A stretch of DNA of 64,000 nt from Lepidodermella squamata. Taxonomy: Eukaryota; Animalia; Gastrotricha. The position numbers and the translations under genes were made by a program. Location: contig JBLDXI010000020.1 in the NCBI GenBank assembly GCA_047495785.1, forward strand, positions 1,364,001 to 1,428,000. The letters are read 5' to 3'. The notes below the pieces were generated by a model. The model was given only the letters and a program-made list of their open reading frames with translations, made no database searches and was not told where the DNA came from. Positions within the stretch are counted from its first letter, which is position 1, and each line of letters begins with the position of its first letter. Positions 27,477 through 41,092 of this stretch are shown piece by piece.

Positions 27477-27977
27477 TTTGTTCGGATGTGCTGCCGAATG
27501 AGACAGATGTTGAGCGTTGTGTTTTTCAGCAGAACGTGGATTAAGGATAGAGTTCTGATTCGATGCATTTCTTGTACCAGAGTTATTTATTAGTGACTTC
27601 GATTTTCTTTATGCCGGGTCGAAGCCAACATTCGTTGTATGCATACGATGAACTATATAATTATCCTTACCTTATCTTTACTTATTCTCATAACGATTAT
27701 TTGGACATCGATCGGGGAAAAATAACGTGCAGGGCCGAAAAGCTAGAAGTCGCACATGAACGGGTCGCCGCAATATTTAGGCGTCAGGTTGAAGTGCATA
27801 TAACAGAATCACTGTTAAACGGGTCATATGCGCAAGTCAAAAAAACAATTGAGTGAGGGGCATGATCTTTGTTATCCGTGATTTTATTTTGATCAGAGCT
27901 TAGTATTTTGAGTTCTTGACCTCGAGCTAAATTCGTAATTTTGGTTTGAATGTCTCTTTTCTCGATAGGACGTTATT

Positions 27978-29525
27978 ATGGCTTCTGTACCAGAAGTTAC
28001 TGGAGATGCAGATCCGTACGCTGCCTTCAGCGAGGCAAGCATGAGCGTTCCGGAGCTAAATAATTTCGTTGTTGGATTGGTAAAGCCTTTAAGAGATGCT
28101 CGGGTACGCGTTATCAGGCATCTCTCAAACAAGCTAAAAGCGATTCGTTCGAGGTAAGGTGTCAATTGTTAAATGATTTCCGCCTATTTTATAAACATTT
28201 CCTAATATATTTTTAGCAAAAAACCAGCTGAAGTGGTTGAAAAGAAAAGCAGGAATCTTGTGAGCGAAATCAAAGAGATAAAGGTATAAACTGATCTGAG
28301 ATTTCAATGAAGCTTCTAATAGAATTGTGCATTTTAGGCGCTCAAATTGGGAAAAGATGATGTGAAGCAGTTGTTAGCGACAGAATATACGGAAAAGCAT
28401 TTAAGCAAAGCTGACACGGCCGAAGAAAGAGCTTTAATCAGACTCGCTCTTCAGAAAAGCAAATTTCAGGAATCAGTATTGAAATTCCGACAAAGTCATG
28501 CTGATTGGGTTTCATTGACGGAATTTTTAAAGTCAAAACATGGCGGGCGCCGATTTCGCAAACGGAATGCTAAAATATCAGCTGAAAAGCTGGCAAAGTC
28601 GACTTTGGACGTGGCCGACAAACGCGCTCAAGAGTTGTATCGTGCGAATGACCAAAGACATCAGAGGAACAAACGACCAGCCCCAATGCAACCAGGAGAC
28701 GATCGGCGCATCGCTGCCGGTGTGCAATTAGAAACTGCAATTGCAGAATCACAAGACAACGAGAAGACTGTAACTGAGGTTGCCGATAAGGATTTGCCCG
28801 AGAAGAACAATGCTTCATCCACTTGGCTAAAAGCCATATTCAGCACCACCAAACAAAATGAAGTGATCGAAGCGAATGAACCTAGCGAAGCTATTGAATC
28901 GAAGCCGGTTAAGAAGGCGAAAGTCGAGACTCCACAACCTGAAATCAAAGATAATTCCGATGAAGGTGTAGTTGTTAAGCTGGATGCTAAGATGCTGAGC
29001 AAATCTTCTGCGTCTGATGCGATTTTTGCGTTGCCCATTGATCGAAAGCGCGAGCAGAGTGCGAAAAAACCTGAAAAGAAGGAAGAAAAGGAGCCAAATG
29101 AAGCTACTGAAGATGGTGATGGCGGTGATTTTTTCATGTCATTAGATGCCGATGATGGCAATGAAATCAGCCGAAGCGGAGGGAAGCAACTTACCCTTCA
29201 AGATTTGGGAGATGTGGGTGCCGATACTCGTAAATGGATGGGTGGTGGACGTGGTGGACGCGGTGGCGGTAATTTTCGAGGTTCCAGTCATGTTCGCGGT
29301 AGGGGCGGACCCCATCAATCATTCGACTCTCAGCGTGGCAGTCGTGGTGGTTATTCTGCAGGCTCAAGGGGTAGCCGAACACAAGCGGAGCCCCCAAAAC
29401 CCGCCGAAAAGTTACACGGCTCGTGGGAGGCTCGTAAACAGCAAAGAGATGAGCAGAAAATCAGAATTCCGCCTGCAGGGCTTGCGATGCCGAAGAAGCA
29501 TATAACTTTCGGCGATGACGATTAA
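27978..29525 (+). CDS. SRFBP1: Serum response factor-binding protein 1 / BUD22-like nucleolar protein
   Basis: Exons 27978-28153, 28217-28283, 28338-29525. N-terminal LNN.VV...K..R..RV.VIRHL, EIKEIK.LK..DDV; RGG-rich region; C-terminal KLHGSWEARK...KHITFGDDD (BUD22 tail). Confidence 0.88.
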
Positions 29526-29750
29526 AAATCTTTGTTTTGCTTCCTTAAAAAATTATTATAGTCTTTCTGGCCTGGACTTTTACATTCTGTGCAAAGAAAT
29601 AAACGCTCAATGATTTTAAATCTGACAAGGTTTTATTAAACACTTTAAACGTGGCTTCTCAGAAAATTTGAAGAGAGAAACCGTGAATATGTATTTTACA
29701 TTTCATTGCGGGTACGAATATCGCGGGATATTTGGCAGTTTTCCATGTAT

Positions 29751-31953
29751 CTACAGTTGAACCGAACTAGCGAAGGCAAACGTGAAAAGCGAAGAGATGA
29801 CAAGCACAAACACAAAAGAAAGTGGCGCTGTCCAAATAGCCAAGTAACTCGGCGAATTATTCTGCTTCGCATTCGGAACAGCCTCATCTGAGCTTTGAGT
29901 GTCGATCAAACGTTCGTGCCAGTTGATTGCCAAAAACGCGAGAAAGGTAACTTGAAGAGCGATCAAGCTTTGAATTAAAACGCGACGGCGCAACATCTTC
30001 GGATCAGCATTGATAAAGCTATCCCAGATGGAACTTTTTCTTCGCTCAACAGGAATTGTCGAGGGTGAAGACATTGTTCGACAGATAGGAATTGCTTGAG
30101 GGCTAGCCAGCGAGCTTGAGGAAGAGTTATTATTCGATTCCCCGTTATTTTCAGGAACCTCTAAATTGCAACTATTGAACGAAACCCTAGGCGGTGCGTC
30201 TAATATCGAAATTTTCTGCTCCGGCTGATCAGGCACATTCGAAAGCACATTGAAGCTATCATCATTACCAGCACCGACAGACGAAGCAGAGGCTTCAATA
30301 GTCGCAGCTTGATTTAGAAGTTCCTGAACCAGAGGTTTATCGATTGAACCTTCCTTCAAGCTATCAGGGCTAACGTTTTCAATTTGCTGATAATTATTTT
30401 CTTGGCTTGGCCCTCCGCTCCGGATAACCAGCTGGCGTCGGTTGACAGGCGGTGTAGGTTCCTCTACCGCAAATGACGGCGATTCAGCTTCGTCCGGCAA
30501 ATCGATGTAACGGCGGTTCATTGACGAAGTGGACACGACTGACGGTTCTGCGAAAGTGATTTGTGTCGCCATCGGCTGCGGAATTTCTTCATCTTCGAAG
30601 CTTGACGGCGGCTCGTCCTCGCTTTTGCTTTGAACGGGAGTGATGCAAAACTGGCGCCAATGCGGCGGGTCGTTATTGATGACAGTGCGAACTGTGGCAT
30701 TACTACATGGGACGTTCACTGAGCCTGAGATTTCCTCCAACTCATTATTCGCTTGATCCTCCATCCACGACTCCGAAAGTTCACTGTTCGTGGATACCGA
30801 TGCTAAATCATAACAATTACTATGAAATTAGTTGATGCATTTCGATTAAAATATTACCATCGAGAGGCGTGTAGCTGTTATTTGTGGCTGTCGAGGCTGA
30901 ATCACACGTTTCAGCGAGTGATAAACGGGCGGTCAAGTTGCCTTGCGACACGAATGATGATTGATCGTCCGACAGAGCAGATGAAATTTCTGCAGGGAAA
31001 CCAGACGCACTAGTTGGCGATAGGCTTCTTTGTGACAGACCCTCTTCTTGGCTCAAGTGTTCAGAGATTGTTGTTAATTCCCGGATCATTTGCGCCTGAA
31101 GGTTAATTGCTGACGAAGCACCGCTGTTATCTGACGGTTGAGGTAATCTGGAACCTCCAATATTAGACGGAACGAAATTGCGATCGGCTAGAATAATAAA
31201 TTGGCAACAACAGGCATAATTTTGGTTACATTTTTACCTAACCACAAAATTACCTGATAATTTGAGCGAAGTAGTGGAAGAGCACGCGCCGAAACAGTTT
31301 TCCAGAATACACCGGTATATTCCCTGAGTTGAAATTAAAATTGAAGCTGCAAGTGATATAAATAGACAAAAGCAATACCTGGTCAGATTCACGGCATTTT
31401 TCAATCGTTAAGCGACATAAACCGGCCACAGCATCTAGCTCAAAACTGTAATTTTGATCCTCACTATCGGTTATGTCGTCATCATCCTTTGTCCACATAA
31501 TATCAGGAAGCGGGTTACCGTCAATTTGGCACTCCAAAATTGCTGCAATAAAATTAGATAGTTTGATTTAGCATAAACTTATTTGTGATTTAAGGTACCT
31601 GGAAAGCCAACATGACCGACGCTTTCTCGAGGCAACCTGATCAAAAATTCAGGGGCTGAAAAAGAAAAATTTCATAGATATAAAGAAATTACAACTGAAA
31701 GGTTACATTTTCCGTATCCAGAGGGCATGTAAGACCCGTTTGACCTTGGCTCTATCGAATACGCGAAAGGTGAATACAAGCCGGGAGTTGAAGAAGGCGA
31801 TGAACCGCCAACAAAGTCTGAGATTTGAGCACCACTAGAGCATCCGTTGTCTATTGTATACAATACAGGTTCGTTGCTGGTATCACCATCAACGTTGGTA
31901 TTATTTTTATTATTGCTGTTGGGCGCTTCCACAGATGAGGCAACGAGCGCCAT
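29751..31953 (-). CDS. Orphan protein: single I-set Ig domain, long disordered region, two C-terminal TM helices
   Basis: Exon chain 31953-31707, 31655-31599, 31542-31379, 31323-31254, ~31187-30857, ~30802-29751. I-set pattern PEFLIRLP..AILECQIDGNPLPDIMWTKD...LTIEKCRESDQGIYRCILEN.FG; hydrophobic segments VLIQSLIALQVTFLAFLAI and YLAIWTAPLSFVFVLVISSLFTFAF. Confidence 0.75.
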
Positions 31954-34674
31954 AATTTGCCCGTTATATATAAAAAATGGCGAGGCAAGGCACTACAATA
32001 AAAACAATAGATATCGATAATATTTATAAATTTTCTAATGATTTTTGGCCCGTCGTTCTGTATAGAGTGTACAAATAGGAAAGTTGCATTATATTACCGA
32101 TTAGCTTTTTATTAGGAATATTTATTTGCGTTTGCTTTGCGCTAAAAATCGCCACGAGCTGAAGGTTCGAAAAAAAACGAGAAAACTACAATATAATGAG
32201 CGCGCAATTGTAGTCAACTCTCATCCCAGGTAATTTCTAAAGGCGTTTTCACAAGCATAATGGGTATGTTATTACGAAACGCGTTCCACTATTTCCGCAG
32301 CCGTTAAAAAAAGCTGAGGCGCTAGGCGTATGTTTTCCTAGTTATCCTCATGGCGCCTATTGGGCACCGGCGCAACGTCTATCAACAAGGCGGCAATCAA
32401 ACACAAAAGATAAATGGGGTTTGCCGTTGGGTATAGAAATATATCGATGAATTCGACTGAAGAGAAGTAAGAATACTGAAAACAACAAACATCGGCGAAC
32501 ATTCAAGACTGATGGTGTGGCAATGAGTAAAATAATAATAATAGAATCACAGCGTAATGAGGTATTTGTTGAAAACGAAAAGAGTTAGCGCGTGGTTATC
32601 GCGCCTATTAAATGCAACAATAAATGCCGGCGTTTTTACTCAGTTGAATGACTACAGCGAAAAGGCAACTGCCAGCCAACTGTAAGTTGGGCAGCTGAAA
32701 ATTACACGCAAGCGAATGTTCAGCCGCATGTTGCCGATGCGATCGCCGCGCATCTCGGCATAATTTCCATCCCCCAATACAAAATACGCAGCTAGTGCGC
32801 AAGAAATTACACAGATACGAGATCGAAAGGTATATCATCATCATTTCGATAGCCATGGCTATATTATGTTGATGCCTCGCCTACGGGGCTCTCCTGCTAT
32901 GCAGCGCCATGTTCGATCATTGTCCGATGTTTATTCGAACATTCGCTGTAGTGTAAATATTAAGGCGGAACACAAATACCTTCGGTTGTTTCTTTTTACT
33001 TTACTTGCAGTCAATTTACAAAATTAATGACTGCGCTATTATGAAATATCCGACTGCTCTACACGTTCTATCGCGATTCTGCAGCTTTCAGAGGCGGCAA
33101 AGCGCGAGATGCTTTCAATAAAAGCCCCACATCTGCGCTATATAGCTGTAACCCCCAGCATCTTGAACATCGGAAGGTAACTTGTATTTGGGCGTACAAG
33201 TTGCGCGTTCGGTGTTTACTACACGTGTTTGTTTTGGATCATGTGAAGTCTACGAGGTGAGAAGCAAATATTGATGAATCTTTCTTTAGATAATAAAAAA
33301 TTGATGGCGGGTAAGCCTTATTCGCACGAGCCTGGGTGCAAGTGAATAATCGTTGCTTAGGCCAATAGTAAGCCTTGATAAAAATACAGCTGTTCATAAT
33401 TTGGACTCCGAAGAATTAGGATTCCACAATTTCGTCAATGGAAACGCCCTATATTGAAATAACTGAATCTGATAATGACTTGCCACCGGCATTAGCACAC
33501 TACAGGTCGCATCGAGTTGGCGCCTACAACAACATAAGGACTTTCAGCCGTATCGCAATAATCGGAGATTGCCATACGGAAAGCTGTTTAAATCAATTGA
33601 TAAATGGCGTTGTTCCGTTCTCTTTGGGAAAATGAGAAATATTAATACAGATAACGAATCATTTTGATGTTTTATTCTTTTAGCACACGACTTTGGCAGA
33701 TACATATAGATAAGTCCAATAAATTTCATCCAACAATTTCCTTATATAAAAGAGGCAAGGCAACTCCACACAAAACGGCAAAGTACCCCATATACGCGCT
33801 CGATTCATGCGCTATATCGTTGATCGTTCTCCAGCAAATATCTCTGAGTGTATGCAAGATATTTAAGGCACAAGAGTATGAATAAATATCGACAAAGGAT
33901 TATTTCACGCATTTTGTATTTAATCAAAGTCCAAAAAATCATTATGAATAAAAGCGATTGTTAGAGATCATATGAACGCATATAGCGCCAGAAAGGGGTA
34001 CATGAAAAGAAAATATTTATATAACACAATGACTGCAATTATATCAGCTGAACCTGATTCAGGATAAAATACCATTCGTCTCAAGAATTCGCTAAGGCGG
34101 TCGAAAATTGGGTTTAACAGAGTTTGAAGGAATGCCACTTCAAAGCGTCACTTCAACGTGAATAAAATGCGCATTAACTCAAGATGTTGAAACGTGCAAA
34201 CTTCAAAGGAGTTTTATGGCTTCATCTTGGCATCATTCAAACTTAAAGAAAGTTATTACTGTGACCGGGAAACATATATTGAATATTCATGAGAATAGTT
34301 CGAAGAGGACACGCAGATATTTTTTTATCCACGCTATCAGAAATGAAGTGAAGAAAGACATGAAAAAGTGAATCAGATTTTAGGAAAGGGAGTGCTTCCA
34401 TCCCGAAGTGCGGCGCAAACTTTAGGGAGAATCTATTCAAATTCATCTCTAATAACTGCTCCCTCAAAATCTAAGCAGCAGTCGGCTTCTTTGGAACTAC
34501 TCACCGGTACACATTAACAGCAGTCGCCAACTTCTTAAGCAATATTACGGTTTTTTGCAAGTCGATGAAGGTCAAATCAAGTCAGGACGTGACTATACAG
34601 GTCGTTTAATAACTCATACAAGAAGCACCGAGATTGTCAGCATGAAGACTTTTGTAATGCAAAGTCGTGTATTG

Positions 34675-35816
34675 TTACCGGTCGTTGTGAACGAATGTGA
34701 AAGTTGCTTCGAGCGGGCGCGGCTCGTCTTCGATTATCACGGGTGTAACCGGCCGCTCCATGTCACTCGGTAAGTCGTCTAGCCAGGCTTTAACGCGCTG
34801 AAAAAGCTCGGTATTTTGGCTCGCGGCTATCAGCGACAGCTCCACAGTTCCATCGTACTCGTCGTCCACGACGCCTTCCTTCAACGGACGCATGGCCGGA
34901 TGGCGACGAGCGGCACCTGATCAGCAAGCGAATTAATTGAAATGTATAAAAATAGACATTATTAAAACGCATTTTCATGCAAATGTGCATTAATTATTAA
35001 CCGATTTGAAAGTGCACTTGTGAGCCACGCGGGGTTGTTGCAGGGGTCGTAGTTGATGAACAGCCAGCAAACATCGTGGTGTTATTGCGAGTTAACGTAC
35101 CAATCACACCGGGGTTGGTCGACGTTCGTCGCGCCGACGAATTAACTGCACCTGAATTACGATTGGCTTGATCAACCATGCAATTCAAGAAACCTTCCCA
35201 AGTCTGAAATAGATTCGAGATAAAAAAGCTCCTCAATATCATGAGATGTAACGCAAACCGAAGCTCTTTTAATATTCCCATTCGCACCATTGCTGCCACG
35301 CGGAGTGGCGTTAATGCTCGACGTGGACTGGCCAAGGGTTACAGAAGTTTTCGTGGCTAATTTACTAGCATCTGTGCCACCATTCGTATCCAAGCTTTCG
35401 GAGGATTGTTTTGTCAGAAAATTTGAATGGTGTCCATTAGAAACGGCAGGAAAGTGCTGAGCCCCGGAGGCATTCGACGAAGATAAAGTTTTACTGCTTC
35501 GACCGCCCCCAGTAGTCGCGTTGCCACCCTTGTTAATCGTCAGAACTGGAAAAATGAACACAATTTATTTATGTTTTCCTTTGATAACCTCAATATTCTT
35601 ACTTTTTGCATCGGCGTCTTCTTCATCACTGTGCGTTTTCAGCCCAACGTGCCCTGTATGGTTCTGTTTGCTCTTGGAAGGACTTTTCAATCGAGGAAAC
35701 TCGCAGAAATCTGATTTTTTCATTTCATCCAGAGATGGCTTAAGTGCATTTAGATTGACACAATTATGGGCAGCTTCTGATGTTGGGATGGATTTGTAGC
35801 GTTGCGTAATAAGCAT
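34675..35816 (-). CDS. Multi-exon orphan gene, mostly low-complexity, C-terminal ELFQRVKAWLDDLP helix
   Basis: Consecutive minus-strand ORF fragments separated by AT-rich GT-AG gaps (e.g. intron 35601-35546 restores the frame); one internal junction is ambiguous. Confidence 0.55.
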
Positions 35817-36519
35817 ATCGGTGAACTGAATAACACGACGTTAGCATAAATCACTGTCTATATCTTCGATTGTAGTCCGAAAAGACCAAGTTTTCATACG
35901 TCAAATACTAGTCCTAGAAAAAGCAATGCAAAAATAGCATTAACTATTTTACTGAGTTTTGCTCAAAAATAATATGTTCCGGGGCCAAAATAAGAAAACA
36001 GCCGCTCGGCGGAAATAGAAGTAAGAGGAGGAGTATTTCTAAGGCTGAACTTCAAGAGCACAATAAGTCATATACTCCACGCATAGAGAAACACATGCCC
36101 ATTTTTGCCCGACAAAGCATAGCTCAAGCTATAACGATTTTCGGCGCAGCAACTGCGAAAGGTGCGAGGCGAGATATGATGGAAATCGCGATTGTAAATT
36201 AAAAAAACCGATACAACAAATTTTATCGATTGCGCTATACAAAACAATGTCAAAAAACCTTTCCAGGTATACGAAACTTATTGAGCGTCGTTATTATCAC
36301 TGTTTAGCTTGCGAATCGACGATCGCAAGTTTTGTAGGAAGGCATTAGGTATTCACGTGAATCGCCTTTCAATGAGAAAGATATATCGATGCGTAGAGTG
36401 CATTCAGAGTGATGGAATACTTTGACCTCTAGTTGACAAAAAAAAATCGTCAAGAAACATTAAATCATTGAAAGCATTCACTCTTGCAGACAGTCTTTCA
36501 AACATTCAGACTTCGGGCT

Positions 36520-39500
36520 CTATTTCTGTCGAGTGCCGTTTTTCGAATCTTGCTGAATAATACTCACAGTGTAATTAACCGACTGTGAAGTTGAATACAT
36601 GCGCAAAGCTTCTTTCACCGAGAATCTCAGTAAATGAGCCGCAGCGCGTATGTTTCGCTCACATTATTGCAGGGCGTACCACCTCGGATTGACGATGGCG
36701 GTCCGCGAGCCTTTGATATCATTAAAATCAATAGGAGAAACAGACTCTTTGCTGAATAATTTGAAAAAAAAACATTCTAATTGGGGACAGATTTTTGGGA
36801 CAGAAATTGTTACCTGCGTTTGCCAGGGGGTAGAGCGTATTTATACAAAACGACGCCCAATCCAATTAGCAACGCAAGGCCTCCAATGCCACCTATAACG
36901 CCACCAATTATAGCCTGAATACAAACAAACTCATTTAACGATTTAACGATTAGAATGAAAAGCCATCCTTACAGGTGTATTGCCACAAGCAGCTCCGGAG
37001 CAAACAGCGGTTGAAGTTACGGTGACTGTAGTTGACGTTTTACTCGTAGATGTGCTGGTAGTTGTTGTAGTTGCACTTGAAGTCGACGTATTGTTCAACC
37101 AAATTGTCAACGTTGTCGAAGAAGAATAGGAAGGAACCCCCTTCAAATGTGAGAGAATTGAAAAGACTTAGCCATTCAATCTGCAGATACTTACATTGTC
37201 TTTGGCTTGAAGCACAATCGTAAAATTTGATCCAGCCGGAAAAGGCAAATAGTTGATAACATATATGTCAGATCCCAATCCGTTTCCATTCGGATAGCCG
37301 AAGTACGAATAGTAAGGGCCGACTGGGTAAAATACGAATAAGTTTACAAAATCACAATAAAGTAGAGAAAGATAATAACATGTAATGATGCGAAATGGAC
37401 ATTGATCAATTATTAAGCAAACGCCCAATCAATAATTTTACACAATGGACGTTCAAAACAATTAAAATGTATAGGTATAATAGGTTATTAATTGTTGCGC
37501 GGTCTAAACATCAAACGCACGAAAATTGAAACCGCAACAATACAATGCAATGCAGACACTCTAAATTTAAACACCCCTATGCTGTCATTTATTTGACGCT
37601 GAGAACATTTTCGTGTACCGACAATTCAGAACTTTCACTCAGAGTTGTCGCGTCATTTGAGAAACTGAAAACTGAGAAAAAATTTTCTGAGCGACAATTC
37701 ACTTGAACTGAATTAACATTCTGAAAATTTTCAGAAACCGGCCGGACAAATCAGAATGCGTTAATTCAATAATTTTTATTTACTAAAATCCGGGATCCGT
37801 GAAGTGACGACCACGATTAGGTATGTTAAGCAACAGACGCAATCGGATAAAAATTTCATAAAACCCCGTTACAAAGCGATAATTTTTCCTCGTAGGAATA
37901 AAGTGGGTCAATGACTTCGGAGTCAGTGAAGCGTAATCGAATCTGTCGCTCGATTCTTCGCCCACTGAATCAGCCCGATAAATTCTTAAACTAAGGAACT
38001 TAAAATAGATTTCGTGCGTTGCAGCTTTAAGCTCCTTTAATAGTTGAGATTTTTGATGTAGTTCCTCGGTGACGACATTCCGCTCAAACTGTCGTCGTTC
38101 ACTCAAATGTCATCCGCTCAAATGTCGTCACCGAGGAACTACATCAAAAATCTCAACTATTAAAGGAGCTTAAAGCTACAACGCACGAAATCTACAAACA
38201 AATTCGACAAAATTTCTCAACGAACTTAAAATAGATAATCAATTGCAGTTAGTAATGCACAGGCGGCAGGTCAAGCCTGATTCGCCATTATGACCTCGCT
38301 CACATTGAGAGCCGGCTTGTAACAAGACCCGACGGTGTGACCTCGTCCAAACAATATGTGATTCTGTTGTGGAAGCGGTGAGTCCCTTAACTTAGTGGAA
38401 AGCAGAAAGCCGTCAACACCATCATCATAGACTGCCTTTTGCCTTTGAATAAAAACTTGGTCCCATGGCTCACCCCGACTCTCTTATTTTGGGGCAGTTA
38501 TTTAGTAGATGTAATTGTGTATATTATTATGTATAATATCCATAAATTTCCTGCGTTGAAATCAGGGTAAAAAATTTCAAGCCACCTGAAGCATTGAGTT
38601 AGTTTACCCAACGGAACCTAACAGAGTGTTTTCATCAGCATTAACTTCCACTCAATAGTTTTGGCTTTGGTTAAGTAAGTGAAGAACAATTTGCTGCGGA
38701 GAGACTCAATAATTGAATGAGCTGTTATTGAATGCGAACCATGCAACTTTTGAATTTAGCGCCAAAAATGCAGTTTCCTAGGTTACACTTATTATTGAAA
38801 AAATATTTAAAATAAAAAATTACATTTATATAGTCAATTTAATTGTAATGTCCTTCACCACATGATTCCGTTTGGTTAATTATTCATAATTGACCTACTC
38901 CTTTTCAAAACGGTCGTGCTGTACGTATGAGCTGTTTGCTGTTCCCGTGTTTTGTTTAATTTTGACCTACTCCTTTTCATGGTCACAGCTCATTCAAAAT
39001 CTTATAATATCGATGCATCTTTGACATTTTTAGCTCCCATTGGTCTGCCATTGGTAGTTGCCCACGTGAGTTTTAGAAAATTATGCAAAAATCGTGCTAG
39101 TAAACATAGGTATGTTTCTACAAGATCTGAAAGGGGCTGGATAATCGGCATTGGAATCGCCATTTTTTCTCACTTGCATGGTGCAGGTGCTAGGTGCTCA
39201 TGTAATTACAAGCTGAAGTATATTGAAGAACTGATGATCAAGAGCCATCGACACGGATGTGTCGGCTCGAGGCGACCATCAAAGATCATCCTCCTTTCGC
39301 AGAGATCGGCTCTTCGGAGTGAACACGATCTGTAGGGCGTGGGGCAACGACTTGATACATTACTTGATTAGGTCGTGCATAATTTTTTAACTGCAAGCAT
39401 ATATTGAATTATGCAAAGCAATTAATCTCAATATCCTCAGTATGAACAGGGAAATGCCGTAGTTTTTACTGAAAAAGCCAAGTAGAGAATGTAAGTGCTT

Positions 39501-40916
39501 ACCTTGCTGAACCGAGTAAGTTATATTTCCATTCGTCGATTTATCATAATCCAAATCATACGCCGGGATCGTTGCGACATACTGATTTGGATATGGGCTG
39601 TTACGTATCAATCAATAATAACGTTAATGAGTTGAGTTAGAAAACCGCAACTAAAATACCTGTAAATTGAAACAGAAGTCGTCACTCCGACGTAGAATAG
39701 CGGGGTGTAGTTGTTTACTATGTTACGGTATAATAGTTATATACTAAGTGATCATCAGTGATATTATTTCTTTGTACCGTCATATACGCTTAGAGTCAAA
39801 GTTGCTGTCGAATATCTCAGTGTTGGTGTGTCGATGCAATAGACGGTACAAGTTGGAGCTGGAAGATCGCCGGTGTCTAAGTATTTGATGATACTGAAAA
39901 TTGAAAAACGAACCCAGACAATTTTCAAGTACCTAGGCTGTAAGTCTTTGAGAATAGCAATGTAGTGTTGGTGAAGGCTAGTTTTGATTCCATCGTATTG
40001 GTGCAGCCAGCTATTGCATAAAGAATAGAAGTTGCCGAACACGTCGAGCAAGTACATAGTCCTACAGCATTGAAGCCAGCATAGCTGCCAGACTGAAAAA
40101 CTTTACGTGCAGCACTTTTTGTGTTTAAATGGATGGCTCACCGCGCCCTCTGGAACATCAGTTCCAGAGTAAGTTGTAGTCGACCATGAGGGGCCACTGT
40201 CAGCAGCCTTTTCATCGAAATTACAATTTTCTATTTGGGCTTGATCATTCATTATTGGGTTATTTACCTGAACTTTGACTTTGATTACAACATCGTCTAA
40301 ATCGTTTCTGCCGATAATAATTTCTAAAAATAGCAAATAGCCAATGTCACCGCTGGAAATCTCACGTTCCATCCCAAGAGTAGAATCCGAGTGCGTAGGT
40401 TGGTGTAGTTGTCGCATTCAGCTTGGTAGTTCCCGTATTGACGTATATTTTGCAGCTTTTTGTAGTTCCCTGAGTTGAGCAGTAGGAATCTGAAATTGAA
40501 ACTTTATTGCTTAATTTTGCTGACATTTTATCATCTGTCATACCGCTAGTAGTAAATAGTCCTCCAAACCACGATGTGTACCTATTATCAATACGTTTTA
40601 AGTCGTTCAAACGGCCTTAATCAGTTACCTTGGAGACGCTCCAGAGGTAGCTATAATCACATATTATCACAGGTTTTAAGATGAAGTTTATTGAGCATTT
40701 GACTTACCTAGACCAGACACATTGCACAAAACGGATCCGCTGGTTACGTCTTCGCGAACGTAGACATAACCATCAGATGCCACGGGGTAGACTGTGAGAG
40801 TGCATCGCACTTTAATCAGATTAGTTTGTGTTAATTTTCCTGATTATCTGCTTAAACATACCTCTCAGGACTATGCTAAAAAAGATGACAAGCCAAATAT
40901 TTGCTATTTCATTCAT
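36520..40916 (-). CDS. Cadherin-related single-pass membrane protein with divergent cadherin repeats and a Thr-rich stalk; 3' end approximate
   Basis: Signal peptide MNEIANIWLVIFFSIVLR; cadherin-like motifs VYVREDVTSG, LSVYD-VNNYTPLF, AYDLDYD.STNGNITYSV, IVLQAKDN-GVPSYSS; T/S-rich stalk; TM AIIGGVIGGIGGLALLIGLGVVLY followed by a short tail. Many small exons and one ~2.2-kb intron (~37325-39500). Confidence 0.75.
38006..38194. mobile_element. MITE/foldback-like element with 74-bp inverted arms
   Basis: 38006-38079 is the reverse complement of 38121-38194 with 1 mismatch; 41-nt spacer; TA at both ends. Confidence 0.75.
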
Positions 40917-41092
40917 TGATCTATAATGTGGATTGGCTCACTACAGCTCATGACTGAGTCGTGATAACTGTGACGCGTTGAGTTGCTTGGCTACGGCGTG
41001 TTTATTGAGTTCGCTGGTTGTAGGGTGCTCATTTTCTCTCATTCTTTTCTGCTTTCTTGAATAGATATTTTCGCCGTATTTATTTAGTTGAA

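Noticed and set aside
38952-39335. 127-aa ORF with hydrophobic patches inside the cadherin-like intron
   Set aside because: No recognisable family, no ATG at the ORF start and no coherent exon chain; at most a decayed fragment.
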